Shown in pieces: positions 30,098 to 44,537 of a stretch of 64,000 nucleotides of DNA. Position 1 is the first letter of the stretch; each line of letters starts with the position of its first letter. Source of the stretch: Kofleriaceae bacterium (lineage in GTDB: Bacteria; Myxococcota_A; Polyangia; Haliangiales; Haliangiaceae); the NCBI GenBank assembly GCA_965215005.1, contig CBDCCZ010000018.1, positions 128,001 to 192,000 of the forward strand. The letters are read 5' to 3'. The notes beneath the pieces are model-generated. The model had not been told where the DNA came from. It worked only from the letters and a program-made list of their open reading frames with translations, and ran no database searches. The position numbers and the translations under genes are program-made.

Positions 30098-32167
30098 TCA
30101 ATGCCCGAGCTCGTCGAGGAGGCTGTGGGCACCCTCGGCTCGCAAGACGGCGACGATGGTCGATGCGCTGGTGTGTAGCGAACGCATCGTCTTGGGATTG
30201 TAGTACCAGTCGAAGAACGCATCGTCGGCGCTCAGCGACGAGAACACGCCCACCAGCCGCATCTGTCGGTCCAGCGTCGGCGCTCCTGCGCCTTGCCGAA
30301 CCCCCAGGTCCAGGGTGGCAGCGAAGTTGTGAATGGTAACCGCGTTGCCCTCCACCATCACGCGCTCGTGCGACGTCGCCCTTACGTGACCGAATGCGAA
30401 ACGCAGTAGGTTGCTCTCTTCGCCCGCGTAGTAAGGAGCGATGCCGGAGCGCTCGAGCGCGCGATAAAACGTAAACTCCAGTCGCGGTGGCATTGCAGAG
30501 CGGCTCGCCTGGAGCGACCGCTCGACCGCCTCGATCCAGCGCAGGAAACGAACCGCGGGATCGCGCTCCCACCGCCGCACAGAGACCACCCACTGCCTGC
30601 GCAACTCGGGCTCAGAGGTCAGCGAACTACTAGCAAACAGCGCGCGAATCGCGGCGCCACGCTGGTTTCTCGGCTCGGAGAGAAGCCGACGCAGCTCCCT
30701 TGGAATCACCGCGCGCATCGCATGGTCATCTTCGGTGAGGAGCTCTACGGTGCGAACCAACAGCTCGATCTCGGTCGCGAGATCGGCCGTCGACGTGAAC
30801 GCGTGCAGGATTTCGATTGCCCGCTCTACCGGCGCGCCCTCGGCCTTGGCGGCGCGCAAAGAGCGGACGAACTCGATCAGCGCACTGGCCGACACCTTCG
30901 ACCATGGCAGCGCCTGCAGGTTATGCGTGTCCATTTGGATGATGAGCGCCCATCGCGCCATGTACTGGCGCAGCTCGCTCGCTGTCGCGTGCGACTTCAA
31001 CCAGTCCAGCAAGCGGCGCTCTTTGCGCTGGCTTGCACGCAGCGCAGCGGAACCCGCCACCTCCGCAAGCAGCCGCTCCACGCCAACACGCTGCCAGGCG
31101 CGATACATCCTCTGCCAGCGATAGAGCGCCTCGACCTCTGGCCGGGCTGCTGCTGCGCGTGCGATCGCTTCGTCGAGCGCTTCTGCCTGCCCGCGAATAT
31201 GAGAGCGGTAGAGCTCGCCGTTTCCCAGCAGCCAGAGCATATCCGCCGACGTCGAATGCCGCTTGTACTTCCAAGGGAAGCTGGCGGCGATGACGTCCTC
31301 TCCCACCTCAGGATCTGTCATGCGCAGCTCGAGGTAGCTCGACGACTCGTATGGCCTCTGCTTGCCATCGCGAACCTCATAGGCGCGAAACAGCGCGAAT
31401 CCGGCCTCCGCGACCGGCCAGGAGCGCTCGTACAGCACATTCTGTGGATTGCCAAGTGCGATGGGCGGGGCGTATACCAGCTCAATCACCGGAATCTCGA
31501 CCTCTTCGAGGAGCACGAAGCGCGTGCCACCCGCAAGTTCCGCCACCCGGCAGTGGTGACGCGCGTGGCTGCGACAGCGAGCCAACGCCAGTGCGCTCCG
31601 CGCGTCGATTCGCTGATTCTGCTCACGGGTCAGCGATAGGCCGTCTACGCCGTCGAGCACCTCTGCGGTGATGTCGGTGCTGCTTGCTACGACCATTGGC
31701 CGAGAAACCGCCCCCGGTAATCGGCTCGACGCCGCATCTAGCTCCTCTGCGGCGCGGTGCGCGACAAAGCCACTCTCGAGGAGATCTACCTTGGCGGTCG
31801 AGTGCTGCCCGAGCACCTGCAGGGCGCAGTTGTACGTTGTGAGGATCAAACCGCTCGGCGAGACGAAGGCCCCACTGCAGCGGCCGAGATTGACGAATGC
31901 CCCTTGCTTTTCGAGCAGCGCTCGCGCAAGCGACTCATCATCGTCATCCTCCCCTATCCAATACTGCAAGCCGCGCAGGAGCACGTGGATGTCCCAGCTG
32001 CCCTCGACGGTGTGAGATGCCGCCTCGGCTCGTCTGAGAGCTCGCGACTGCCCCTGCGGCTTGGTCTCCGGATTCGAGGAGCGGTTATAGGCGCCTGATG
32101 GCGCGGATCCTCGTGGAGCTCCGCAGGCAGTGATCGAAAGAAGCACGAGTAAATACGTCCGATGCAT
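30098..32167 (-). CDS. S46 (DPP7/DPP11-like) peptidase homolog, lipoprotein, predicted inactive
   Basis: Lipobox ITAC; CSGAFVSPSGLILT, LVYAPP..LG, FALFRAY and LRFAFGHV. The catalytic residues are substituted. Confidence 0.8.
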   Translation of the reverse strand: MHRTYLLVLLSITACGAPRGSAPSGAYNRSSNPETKPQGQSRALRRAEAASHTVEGSWDIHVLLRGLQYWIGEDDDDESLARALLEKQGAFVNLGRCSGAFVSPSGLILTTYNCALQVLGQHSTAKVDLLESGFVAHRAAEELDAASSRLPGAVSRPMVVASSTDITAEVLDGVDGLSLTREQNQRIDARSALALARCRSHARHHCRVAELAGGTRFVLLEEVEIPVIELVYAPPIALGNPQNVLYERSWPVAEAGFALFRAYEVRDGKQRPYESSSYLELRMTDPEVGEDVIAASFPWKYKRHSTSADMLWLLGNGELYRSHIRGQAEALDEAIARAAAARPEVEALYRWQRMYRAWQRVGVERLLAEVAGSAALRASQRKERRLLDWLKSHATASELRQYMARWALIIQMDTHNLQALPWSKVSASALIEFVRSLRAAKAEGAPVERAIEILHAFTSTADLATEIELLVRTVELLTEDDHAMRAVIPRELRRLLSEPRNQRGAAIRALFASSSLTSEPELRRQWVVSVRRWERDPAVRFLRWIEAVERSLQASRSAMPPRLEFTFYRALERSGIAPYYAGEESNLLRFAFGHVRATSHERVMVEGNAVTIHNFAATLDLGVRQGAGAPTLDRQMRLVGVFSSLSADDAFFDWYYNPKTMRSLHTSASTIVAVLRAEGAHSLLDELGH

Positions 32168-32526
32168 ATGACTGCTCCGCAAAATAGCAGCCGTCGCCAG
32201 GCTGCTTCGCGTACAGGACGCTCGGTGTGACTCTGCCAAGACCTGCCGCTTCTAAAGCCTAGAGAGTGACGAAGGCGTGCGCGGCGACGAGCTCGGATCC
32301 CGAACATTCGGCTTGGAGGGCGCACGCTCGATTGTTACTGATAAGCAACTATCGGGTAGTGGTGGAGAATGGCTCCAACCACCTGAGGCCCCCTGCCCTC
32401 GGCGCGATGAAGCGTGCCGGTTGACCAGCGCGCTCGCGGTCGCTATCTGCGCGGGTTTGGGTCCAGCCACTGGAGCGCCGCTCACGATATCGATCTTCGG
32501 CACGAGGACTGCTTTGGTGCGCCCTT

Positions 32527-34905
32527 GTGTGGCAAAGAAGTAGTTGCATTGTCCTCGGTGCGCTCGGCTCGTGCCTATTCGCCCTCGCCTGCAACGGCGC
32601 GATCACCGGCGACGACGGCCATAATGGCGAGAACGGCAGCGATGGCGCCGACATGGGCGCATCCGCCGCGACGGATCGCATCGCGGTGCCGATCGAGGTC
32701 TATCCAACCAAGATCGACTTGTTTGACAGCACGGAGCACTGCGTTGCACGAACGTTTCGTGTCGACGATCCCAGCAAAGCGGAACGGCTCCTGCTGCAAG
32801 GGCACAACCTGCACTACCGGGACGGTCATCTCGTTGATGGAACGCTGGTCAAAGATGGCAAGGCAAGCGTCATTCTCAATGGCGGCACGCGCGTTTCGCT
32901 GACCAACGAAACCGTCGATCTCTATCGCGCGGAACGCGTCTGGGGAGGGATCGGCGGCGGCTATCGCACGATACGCGGCACGATCGCGCTCGAGCAGTTG
33001 GGTGGCCTGCGAAGCGGCGAGAACACCATCCAGTTCTGTTTCAACGGCACCGACGGGGCATCGTCGGGCTTTCGCATCTTGCGCTTCAACTTCACCGGAG
33101 CAAACGACTACACGTTGTTTGCTGCAAGCGACTTCGTCGAAGACGACCCCGACACCTGGCGGGCCCCCGCCGGAGCCGACGCCGCGCGTGGTCGGCAGCT
33201 TTGGGAAGGCTCGTTCTCGCTGATCGAGCGGCCGGGTGGCAGCACCATCCGCGCCTCGTGCGCGGACTGCCACGACGCCTCCGGTCGCGACCTGCAGTAC
33301 TTTGCTTACTCGAACCTTTCGATCATCTCCCGCGCCGTCTTCCACGGCCTCACGCTGCAAGACGGCGACGACATCGCGGCGTACATCCGCGAGAATCCCG
33401 CGCCGCGCTACGGACGTCCTTGGAACCCGCCGTATCAGCCAGCACCCGGCATCGACTCGCGCGCCGATGCCGCCGCGCGCTGGGCGGCCGGCGCGGGGCT
33501 CGACGCCGTGCTCGAAAGTGAACGACAGGATGCGCTCGACCAGCTGTTTCCACGCGCCAGCGGTAGCGATGGACGTCGAACCGTCGCCGACATTCTCAGC
33601 GTGCTGCGCGCAGACGATTTGCCGCAACGAACGATCAATCTGCGCGAGACGAGCGTGGCGCTGCAGCTGCCTGACTGGAACTCGTGGTTGCCGGAGGTTC
33701 ACCCGCGCGACCTCTGGGGCCCGCTGTTCATGGAGGGAGAGCAAGGCGATTGCGGCACCGTTCCCAGTCCGCATCTGGCTTACGAGCAGGCAATGGCCGG
33801 GCTCGCGACGGCCACGACTCCAAGCCAATATCGCGCTCTCACGCCGCGTATCGAGCGGGCGACGCGTGCCTTCATCGGCGTCGGACCCAAGCCGGGCACC
33901 GATGGTTCCGATTGGCGACGCATCGTCGACAATGCCGAGGCGTGTGCACCGGTGCGGCGCATTCAACGCGGCGTGTCGGCGGAGCTGGCCAAGCGCAGCC
34001 TGGCCCAGTGGCTGGCGGTCAAGCAGTGGGAGATGGTGCAGCGCTTCGAGCTGGAGGACCAAGCTGCCGCGATCTACGCGGGCACTCCGCGAGCGGAGTT
34101 TGCAGAGGCGTTGTCGTGGCCTCTCGATGGCCAACAAAGCGTTCATCCAGTGGCGCCCCACATCGTTAGCGATGACCTGCAGCTGTTTCGCAGCGACGAC
34201 GTCAAGCAGACTGCGGTCAAGAGCAAGTACGACTCCACCGCGTGGTACCAGCTAAACATGATCCTAGATACCGGCGCCCGTCATCGCACCGGTGTGGCGC
34301 CGGTAGATTGGCCGTATCAGTACCGCCATATCTTCGAGGCCGCGGACTACGCTCAAAAACAAGCAGAAAACGCCTTTGACGCGATCGATTACCAGCCGCT
34401 GCGTCAGGTCCACTCGATGATCAAGGCCTATCAAATGCGCGACAACGGCGGCTTTCCCGATGTGCAAGGCTGGACGCTGCGCTACGTGAGCCCCTTCTGG
34501 CTGGTTTATCACCCGGACCAGATGGCGGCGCTCGATGCGCTCGAACCGGAGCTCGAACGCAAAGTAGTAGAGGCCTTCGTGCTCCGTTACGTAGAAATTG
34601 CCAGCAAGATCAACGATGGCGCTTGGAGCGTATGCCCGGCGAATCCCAGCACACCACGCACGTGGTTTTGTATCCAAGGCAAAGACTACAAACCCGTCCC
34701 AGCGCCGCCGCAAACCGCGCCGCGAAACGGCCGCCGAGTGCCCCGCTTCAGCATTGGCCACTTCAACCATGCCGACGACTTCTTGCGACTGTTTCCGATT
34801 CTGAGGGCCAAGGGAGTTAGTCAGGAGGCTCGCGACAAACTGCGCAGCTGGTGCAAACAGCGCTGGCCGCTAGGAGATTGGGGAAACGCAGAAGCATATC
34901 CGTGA
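32527..34905 (+). CDS. Large lipoprotein with a single CxxCH (putative c-type heme), unknown function
   Basis: Lipobox ALAC; ADAARGRQLW...SCADCHDASG. Confidence 0.75.
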   Translation: MWQRSSCIVLGALGSCLFALACNGAITGDDGHNGENGSDGADMGASAATDRIAVPIEVYPTKIDLFDSTEHCVARTFRVDDPSKAERLLLQGHNLHYRDGHLVDGTLVKDGKASVILNGGTRVSLTNETVDLYRAERVWGGIGGGYRTIRGTIALEQLGGLRSGENTIQFCFNGTDGASSGFRILRFNFTGANDYTLFAASDFVEDDPDTWRAPAGADAARGRQLWEGSFSLIERPGGSTIRASCADCHDASGRDLQYFAYSNLSIISRAVFHGLTLQDGDDIAAYIRENPAPRYGRPWNPPYQPAPGIDSRADAAARWAAGAGLDAVLESERQDALDQLFPRASGSDGRRTVADILSVLRADDLPQRTINLRETSVALQLPDWNSWLPEVHPRDLWGPLFMEGEQGDCGTVPSPHLAYEQAMAGLATATTPSQYRALTPRIERATRAFIGVGPKPGTDGSDWRRIVDNAEACAPVRRIQRGVSAELAKRSLAQWLAVKQWEMVQRFELEDQAAAIYAGTPRAEFAEALSWPLDGQQSVHPVAPHIVSDDLQLFRSDDVKQTAVKSKYDSTAWYQLNMILDTGARHRTGVAPVDWPYQYRHIFEAADYAQKQAENAFDAIDYQPLRQVHSMIKAYQMRDNGGFPDVQGWTLRYVSPFWLVYHPDQMAALDALEPELERKVVEAFVLRYVEIASKINDGAWSVCPANPSTPRTWFCIQGKDYKPVPAPPQTAPRNGRRVPRFSIGHFNHADDFLRLFPILRAKGVSQEARDKLRSWCKQRWPLGDWGNAEAYP

Positions 34906-35099
34906 GAGCGCGGGCGCTCCGTTGCCATTGCGTTGCCAATGAGAGCCTCGGCGATCGTCGTTTGGCGGCTCGTCGCCCGGGCGCTGATTTCGTCGCCCAT
35001 GCGATGACGGTGGTGCCTCGCGGCTCTAATGAACAAACCAGGCTCGGGAGATGGCACTGCGTTCGTGCCGAGCGTGCGCCGGCGGTCCGCTCGTCTGGA

Positions 35100-36655
35100 T
35101 CAGGGCGCGGTTTGCGGTATCCAGATGGCGGCAGGCTCGACGGCGGCGCCGGTGTAGAGACGAGGGCGAAGCGTTGCGGGCAGCTGGGTTTGCAAGCGGT
35201 AGTGAACGTGGAGGCCGGGCAGATCGTGGCCGGGGGGGCGATTGTCCAAGACGATGGCGGCGAAGCGGCGTTCGGCGATGGCTTCGCGGAGGCCGGAGAC
35301 GGTCCACGCATTGCCGTAGGTGACGTCGAGGATGCCCATGCGATGGGTGTAGAGGCGCTTGCCGGCGAGATGGGCGTACCACGGGTGATAGGGAACCCAG
35401 ACGTCGCCGTCTACTTCGGCGATGCGATCGATGAGCGCGTCGCCGGCGGCAACGTCTCGCGAGGTGGGAATGAAGTCATGCGGGCTCCACCACGCTGCCA
35501 GGAGCTGTAGACCGAGAGCGCCGCCGACGACGAGAGCAACGATGACCGACGCTCTTGCATGCGCAAGCTCACGGGCCCAGCCAAGCAAGGCCAGAAAACT
35601 GGCCCCACACGCCAACGCACCGGTTGCCATGGCCGGCATGTAGGCGTTGAAGTGTGCCCATTGCGTGCCCCAGCCGAGGGCACCGACGAGGCAGCTCAAC
35701 GCAAACACCGGGGCCCAATACAGGAGCGCGGCGCTCGAGCGCGGCAGACGGCGCAGGCGCGCGGCGCTCAGCGCCACCACCAGGAGCCCAACGGCGATGG
35801 TCACGGTCATAAGCGGAAACTTCCAAAGGATGTTGAGAAACGACTGATAGAAGCGATCCATGTTGAAGTCGTGGACCTGATGGACCTCATAGATGTAGGT
35901 CCAGAACCAGCCGGTGGTGGCGCGATTGAAGATGGCGGTCCCGCCAAGGCCGATGGTTCCGGCGACGCCGACGTAAAGCGGCAGACGCCGCCAGTTCTGG
36001 ACCAGCAGCAAGACGCCACCGAGTGCCACGTACATCACGCCGGTCTGCTTGCAGAAGAACGAAAGCGCCAAAAGGGCAGCGGCCGCCGCAACGCGAGCTC
36101 CGCTGGCGTGCGCCCAGGCGCGCAGCGCAAGCAGCCCGCCGAGCACCATCGCCAAAAACAGCGAATCGGCGCGAACCAGGTCGTACCAGCCTTCGACCCA
36201 CGGATAGCTCGCAGCGAAGAAACCAACGGCCATCGCCGCGCCCACCCACGCGGCAGGACGATCGTCCTGTGGTCGGCGCGCTGCTTCGCGCACCAATGCC
36301 GCTGCCATGATGCTCGCGATGCCGGCGATGCTCGCGATCGAGATGGCGCGGCCGAGAGCGTAACTGATGCCCAATACGCTGCCCAAACTAGCGACGAGCG
36401 CCGGATAGAGCGGCGTGTAGAGATAAGGAATGAACTCCACCGACGGCGGGCGATAGATGCCGCTGCCGTCGGCAAGGCGTTGGGCATGCGCGAGCAGGCC
36501 GCCTTCCATCCACTCGAGGTCGTACGGATACAGCCATCGCGACAGCACCGCGATCAGGAGCAGCCCGAGCTGCGCCAGGCCGGGCAACGCGAGCAATAGC
36601 CATCCCAGCTGACCCTTACGCGCCAAGAAGCGATTGCGAAGCTGTGGCCAGAGTT

Positions 36656-36659
<4 letters not shown>
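35100..36659 (-). CDS. GT-C fold (ArnT/PMT-like) membrane glycosyltransferase
   Basis: DLEWMEG loop, YTPLYP, VRADSL and FFCKQ; many TMs; overlaps the sulfatase stop. Confidence 0.75.
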
Positions 36660-39343
<2,684 letters not shown>

Positions 39344-39486
39344 TCGGCAAGGCTAGCCAGCGGGCGATGCAAGTCAACGGCCCCGGCCGCGTCGTGGAAG
39401 CCGGCGCCGGGCCGTGGTCGCGCTAGGCCCCAGCCACAGCAGACGCAACGCCGCCACCGCCGCGCCCGCTCGCGCTACCATGCCCC

Positions 39487-40926
39487 GTGATGGCGCTTTC
39501 CTCGGGGGCTGCGCGAGCCGGCGTGGTGAACGTCTTCGCGCTTTGCGCGGCGCTATGGACGGTGGGACTCGATCGGCCGTTCGGCAACGGCGACGAGGTC
39601 ATCTATGCGCAGAATGTTCGTGAGATGGCGCGGAGCGGCTCGCTGTTCCCGCTCACCTGGCAGGGTGCACCGGTCTTGCAGCGACCACCGCTGCCATTCG
39701 TGCTCGCGCGCACCAGCAGCGCCATCGCCAGCGGCGAACGCGGTCTGCGACTGGCATCGGCCGCAGCCAGTTTTCTGGCCTTGATGGTCCTGTACCTGGG
39801 CGCCCATCGGCTGTGGCAGCGTCGCGACGTCGCCCTCGTTGCCATGCTGCTGTGCGCCTCGTGCCCCTCGTTCTATTTCTTTGGTCGCGCTCTTCTGAGC
39901 GATCCGCCGTTCGTGCTGCTGGTGACTGTGGCCATCGTCGCCACCCTGGCGAGTCGCGAGCACCCACGAGCTCTCATCGTGGTCGGAGCGGCTCTGGGCG
40001 GCGCGGTCGCGTGCAAGAGCTTGGCGGCGGCGGTGCCTGCGCTCGCCATCGCACCCTGGCTCTGCGCGTCGCGTTTCTCGCCACGCCTCTGGCTTGCCGC
40101 CGCCGCCGCATTTCTCGCCCTCGCGGCGCCGTTCTACATCGTCGGCATGGTCCACTACGGCACGCGCTTTTGGCACGAGCACGTCGGCTATAGCCTCGTA
40201 GCCCGCGCCCGCGGCGAGCTCGCCGTGGGCATGCCCGGCGCCTTTCCCTATCTGCGGTACCTGGTCGCAAGCGATGGTCTGGCCGCGCTCTGGGTGCTCG
40301 GTGGACCGCTCGCGGCGATCCTTTGTTGGCGACGCGGCGCATCGTCAACCGTCGCCGCCGGATGCATTGCGCTGACCATGTTCGCGCTGCTGTCGCTGCT
40401 GGGCACCCGCCTGCCCCATTACCTGCTGCCGGTGTATCCCGCCTCGGCGTTGGCCACCGCCGGCGTCTATCACACCCTCAGCCGCGATCGCCCGCCGTGG
40501 CGCCACGGGTGGCGCGCCCTATTCGCGCCTATCACCGCCGCCACGCTGCTACTGCTGGGACTCGACCGGCTGCCCGAGCAGCACTTCCTGCCCTCGCCCG
40601 CCGCCGTCGCCCTCGATCGCGCCGCCCGTGGCGTTCCCGCCGAGGCCTCCCTCCTGGTGCTCGACTGGTACGCACCGGTCATCGGTTACTACGCCGACCA
40701 CCCGATCGAGCTCATCACCAGCTCGGAATCCTTCTTCGACATCCTCGCCGACGTCGACTTCTTTCGCGCCGCCGATGCCGTCGCCATGACTCCACCACCC
40801 GGCACCGGGCAGGTCTGGGTCGCCGGCCCCGCCGAGGCCATCGCCGCGGCGCCCTGGCTATCCGCTATCGAGCACCTGGCCGAGGCAGGACCCTACCAGC
40901 TGGTGCGCGGCCAGCTCGTGCGTTAG
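39487..40926 (+). CDS. GT-C fold (ArnT/GT39-like) glycosyltransferase
   Basis: GDEVIYAQNVREM, RPPL, ACKS and YLLPVYP; many TMs. Confidence 0.8.
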   Translation: MMALSSGAARAGVVNVFALCAALWTVGLDRPFGNGDEVIYAQNVREMARSGSLFPLTWQGAPVLQRPPLPFVLARTSSAIASGERGLRLASAAASFLALMVLYLGAHRLWQRRDVALVAMLLCASCPSFYFFGRALLSDPPFVLLVTVAIVATLASREHPRALIVVGAALGGAVACKSLAAAVPALAIAPWLCASRFSPRLWLAAAAAFLALAAPFYIVGMVHYGTRFWHEHVGYSLVARARGELAVGMPGAFPYLRYLVASDGLAALWVLGGPLAAILCWRRGASSTVAAGCIALTMFALLSLLGTRLPHYLLPVYPASALATAGVYHTLSRDRPPWRHGWRALFAPITAATLLLLGLDRLPEQHFLPSPAAVALDRAARGVPAEASLLVLDWYAPVIGYYADHPIELITSSESFFDILADVDFFRAADAVAMTPPPGTGQVWVAGPAEAIAAAPWLSAIEHLAEAGPYQLVRGQLVR

Positions 40927-40938
40927 GTTGACGCGCTC

Positions 40939-42561
40939 GTGCCTTCGGCCCCGCTCAGCCCGCTCCTGCGTCGCTTCGCGCCGCTTCTGGCATGGTCGCT
41001 GGTGCTGCTTTGGCACTCGCTGCAATACAACTTCGTCACCGACGATGCCTATATCTCGTTCGTCTTCGCGCGCAACTTCGCCGAGCACGGCCAGCTGGTG
41101 TTCAACGCCGGCGGCACCCCGGTAGAGGGCTACACCAACTTCACCTGGACCCTCCTTTTGGGCGTGCTGATGTGGCTCGGCTTGCCCCCCGAGGTAATGT
41201 CGCTGGTGCTGGGCACCGCGTTTGGCATCGCGACCCTTTGGGTGGGCTGGCGGCTGATGGTGCACGTTCTCGACGATCGCGACAGCGCGTGGGCACACCT
41301 GCCAGCTGGATTTCTGGCTATGTCCGCGGGCTATGCGTGCTGGTCTTCCGGAGGCCTCGAGACCCAGCTGTTCACGTTCTTGGTCACCACCGCCATCACG
41401 CTCTACGCGCTTGCCAAAGAGCGCGCAGCGCTGCTGCCGTGGATGGCGGCGGTCCTTGCGCTCGCGTGCATGACGCGACCCGAAGGCTTGCTCGTGGTCG
41501 GCGTCATCGGCGGCCATCGGCTCGCCGGCAACATCGCGGGTGAGCGTCGCGTGCTCCCCAGTCGCGACGAGTGGCGCTGTCTGGCGGTATTTCTGCTGAT
41601 ATGGGCGCCGTGGCAAGCGTGGCGCTGGTGGTACTACGGCTATCCGCTGCCCAACACCTATTACGTCAAAGCCGCCGGCCAACCGCCCAACCCCGAGGCA
41701 TACCACCGCGCGCTCATCGCCAACGGCCTGTATTACGTCGGCCAGTGGCTCCGGCAGACCGGCCTTCTAGTCGGTGCGCCCATCGCCCTCGCCGGTCTGG
41801 TGGTGGCGCGCTGGCGCAGCCGGCGTTTTTACCTCGGCAGCGTGTTGGTGCCGCTCACGGCCCTGTATCTGATCTACACCGTGCGCGTCGGCGGCGACTT
41901 CATGGGACTACACCGGTTCATCATGCCGCTGTTGGTGTTCGCAGCGCTCGGCATGGCGCTGGGGTTGTGGCTGCTCGCGAGTACGTTGCCGAGCCGGCTC
42001 CGCTCATGGGCCCCCTTCGTCATTGCGCTGCTCCTGGCCGCCTACGGCGTTTCGCAGTGGCGGCTCACCGTGCGCTCGCTGGCGCCCGACAACTGGCGCG
42101 CCGACCACGGCATCGACACGCCTGGCTACCTCTGGGTGTATGCCCACGACCGCGCGCTCATCGGCGCGCACATGCGCGACTGCTTTACCGACGATGACTT
42201 CTCCATCGTCGGCGGCGCCGGCGCCAAGCCATACGTCGGCCGCGTGCGCAGCATCGACGTCTTCGGCTTGGTGTCCGAGGTCATTGCGCAGCAAGTACCG
42301 CCGACGCGCCCGCGCGCCGGCCACAATAAATGGGGCCCCGACGCCCTGCTGCACGAGGTCTACGAGCCGACCTTCGTGTTCTCGTGCTATGCGCTGCATC
42401 CAACGCCCGCTGCGCCATCCTTGCCGTGCGCCAGCTACTGGCTACGACACGGCTACGAGCGCGTCACGCTGCACATCCCGGGACTCCTCGAGCGCGGCGA
42501 GTACTACACGTTCCTCAAGCAGCGCACGCGCGATTTCACGTGTCCGGGCCTGTCGCCGTGA
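40939..42561 (+). CDS. GT-C fold glycosyltransferase (arabinofuranosyltransferase-like)
   Basis: [34 protein letters not shown] and GGDFM..RF. Confidence 0.8.
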   Translation: MPSAPLSPLLRRFAPLLAWSLVLLWHSLQYNFVTDDAYISFVFARNFAEHGQLVFNAGGTPVEGYTNFTWTLLLGVLMWLGLPPEVMSLVLGTAFGIATLWVGWRLMVHVLDDRDSAWAHLPAGFLAMSAGYACWSSGGLETQLFTFLVTTAITLYALAKERAALLPWMAAVLALACMTRPEGLLVVGVIGGHRLAGNIAGERRVLPSRDEWRCLAVFLLIWAPWQAWRWWYYGYPLPNTYYVKAAGQPPNPEAYHRALIANGLYYVGQWLRQTGLLVGAPIALAGLVVARWRSRRFYLGSVLVPLTALYLIYTVRVGGDFMGLHRFIMPLLVFAALGMALGLWLLASTLPSRLRSWAPFVIALLLAAYGVSQWRLTVRSLAPDNWRADHGIDTPGYLWVYAHDRALIGAHMRDCFTDDDFSIVGGAGAKPYVGRVRSIDVFGLVSEVIAQQVPPTRPRAGHNKWGPDALLHEVYEPTFVFSCYALHPTPAAPSLPCASYWLRHGYERVTLHIPGLLERGEYYTFLKQRTRDFTCPGLSP

Positions 42562-44525
42562 GTCGAAGCGCGTGGGTGGTGGTCGCGGCGCTCGCCGCCG
42601 TGGCCCTATTGCTCGCACTGCGGGCGCTGCTGGTGACCGACCCGCTCGAGCGGCTTGCGCGCGACGGCGACCGCTATCAGGGCAGCTGGCTGCTGCCGCG
42701 CGGCGGCCCCTACATCCTTGGCTTCGAGTCGCCAGGTGCTGCCGAGCTGTGGGTCGACGACCGGCGCGTAGCCAGCGGCACCGGCGAGCAGTCCAGCCGC
42801 CACGTCTTTGCGCCGGGCGTGTATTCAGTCCGGTTCCTCGCGCCCCGCGGCGCGCGGCTCCTTTGGCATCCGCCGGGGCGCCGGGGACCCCTTGAATATG
42901 TGCCTGTCTCGTCGTTATCACCACAGCCGCCGCCGCAAGCGCAGTTTGGGCGCTGGGCGGGGGCCTCGCCGGTCGATGGAGTGATCGCCGCGGCCATCGT
43001 GTTGGTCGCATTCGCCGCCTTGGCGTACCTGCTGCGCCGCTCGCTTCAGGGCATTGGACGTCGCCGCTGGCTGCTGCTGCTCGCCGTGTTTGCCGCGGCC
43101 GCCGCCATTCGTCTCGTCGATCTGAGCGCGGCAGGGCAAACGTGGGACGAAGACGTCAACTGGTCGGCAGGGCGCAACTACATCACGAACGTGTTGGCGC
43201 TGGATGCGCGTCCCGCTTCGTGGCGCTGGAATCTCGAGCATCCGCCGGTCATGAAATACCTCGCCGGCATCGGCGCGCAGCTCGCTGACGGCTACGGGCC
43301 GGCGCGCGCTCTCTCTGCGTTGATCATGGCCGCAACCTGCGCGCTGCTGGTGCTCATCGGCGAGCGCCTCTACTCGCTACGAGTGGGCGTCTTGGCCGGA
43401 GCGATCGCTGCGCTGTCGCCGCACCTCATCGCCCACGGCAAGGTAGTCGGTCACGAGGCTCCAACCGCGCTGCTATGGACGCTGGCGGTGCTGCTGTGCT
43501 TGCGTTGCTTTGACTCCGCGCGCCCTTACCTGCCATCGCGGCAGCTCGCGTGGCGCTTCGCGGGCCTGGGCGTCGTGCTCGGGCTGGCGCTGTTTTCGCG
43601 GTTTGTAAATGGCCTGTTGGCTCCGCTCATCGGCACGCTGCTACTACTGGGCGCGCCGCGCGGCCAACACCGCCGCGTGTTGGTGCTCGGCCTCGCCATC
43701 ATTCCTGCCGTCGCGATTCTCGTCGGGCTGATAATCTGGCCTCGCCTGTGGCACGCGCCGATAGCGCACCTTCTCGAGGCATGGCAGACGCTGCGCAAGC
43801 CGCACGCCCCAGAGCCGTATCTCGGCGTCATCACCAACGTGCCGCCGCGGCACTACTTCCTCGTGTATTTGCTGGCGACGGCACCGCTTGGCGTGCTCGT
43901 GGCGGCCGCCGGGTGGCTCGCGCGCCTGGCCGCGCAGCCCCGGCCGTGGCGCTCGCACGCCGCGCTCGCGTTGTGGCTGGTGATGCCGCTCGCGGTCATG
44001 CTGTCGCCAGTGCGCCAAGACGGCGTTCGCTACATCATGCCGTCGCTGGTGGCGCTCTCGGTCATCGCCGCGGCGGGCATCGAGTTTGCCGCCTCGCTAG
44101 CGGGGCGCCACGCGCGTGTGGTCTTCACCATCGCCAGCGCCGCCTTCATCGCCTACCTCGTCATCACTGCCGCACGCATTCATCCGTACTACCTCGACTA
44201 CTATGGCGAGCACGTTGGAGGTCCCGCGCGCGTCGCGGCCAATGACCGCTTCGAGGTCGGGTGGTGGGGCGAAGGATTGCAAGCGGCGCTCGCGTTTCTG
44301 AACCGCGAAGCGCCTCGCGGGGCGCGTGTCTACAAAGGTTGCGTATTGCCCGCGCACCTGGCCTGGCTCCGCCACGACTTATGGGAACGCGAGGCGCGCC
44401 GCGCCGACGACGCAGATTGGATCCTTTGGTACGCGGCGAGCAACTGCGAGATCCCGCGTGAGTTTCGACTGGTGTTCGAGGAGAGCGCGCAAGGAGCGCC
44501 GCTCGCGCGGGTATATCGCCGCTAG
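42558..44525 (+). CDS. GT39/PMT-like glycosyltransferase with an N-terminal PA14-like beta domain
   Basis: GTGA overlap; [19 protein letters not shown] and HPYYLDYY. Confidence 0.8.
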   Translation: MSRSAWVVVAALAAVALLLALRALLVTDPLERLARDGDRYQGSWLLPRGGPYILGFESPGAAELWVDDRRVASGTGEQSSRHVFAPGVYSVRFLAPRGARLLWHPPGRRGPLEYVPVSSLSPQPPPQAQFGRWAGASPVDGVIAAAIVLVAFAALAYLLRRSLQGIGRRRWLLLLAVFAAAAAIRLVDLSAAGQTWDEDVNWSAGRNYITNVLALDARPASWRWNLEHPPVMKYLAGIGAQLADGYGPARALSALIMAATCALLVLIGERLYSLRVGVLAGAIAALSPHLIAHGKVVGHEAPTALLWTLAVLLCLRCFDSARPYLPSRQLAWRFAGLGVVLGLALFSRFVNGLLAPLIGTLLLLGAPRGQHRRVLVLGLAIIPAVAILVGLIIWPRLWHAPIAHLLEAWQTLRKPHAPEPYLGVITNVPPRHYFLVYLLATAPLGVLVAAAGWLARLAAQPRPWRSHAALALWLVMPLAVMLSPVRQDGVRYIMPSLVALSVIAAAGIEFAASLAGRHARVVFTIASAAFIAYLVITAARIHPYYLDYYGEHVGGPARVAANDRFEVGWWGEGLQAALAFLNREAPRGARVYKGCVLPAHLAWLRHDLWEREARRADDADWILWYAASNCEIPREFRLVFEESAQGAPLARVYRR

Positions 44526-44537
44526 CCTGCAGTTCCG

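Noticed and set aside
32575..34161. 528-aa minus-strand ORF, and similar long shadows such as 45393-46457, 16439-17689 and 49040-49918
   Set aside because: They are antisense to well-supported genes, have no motifs, and are expected in high-GC DNA.
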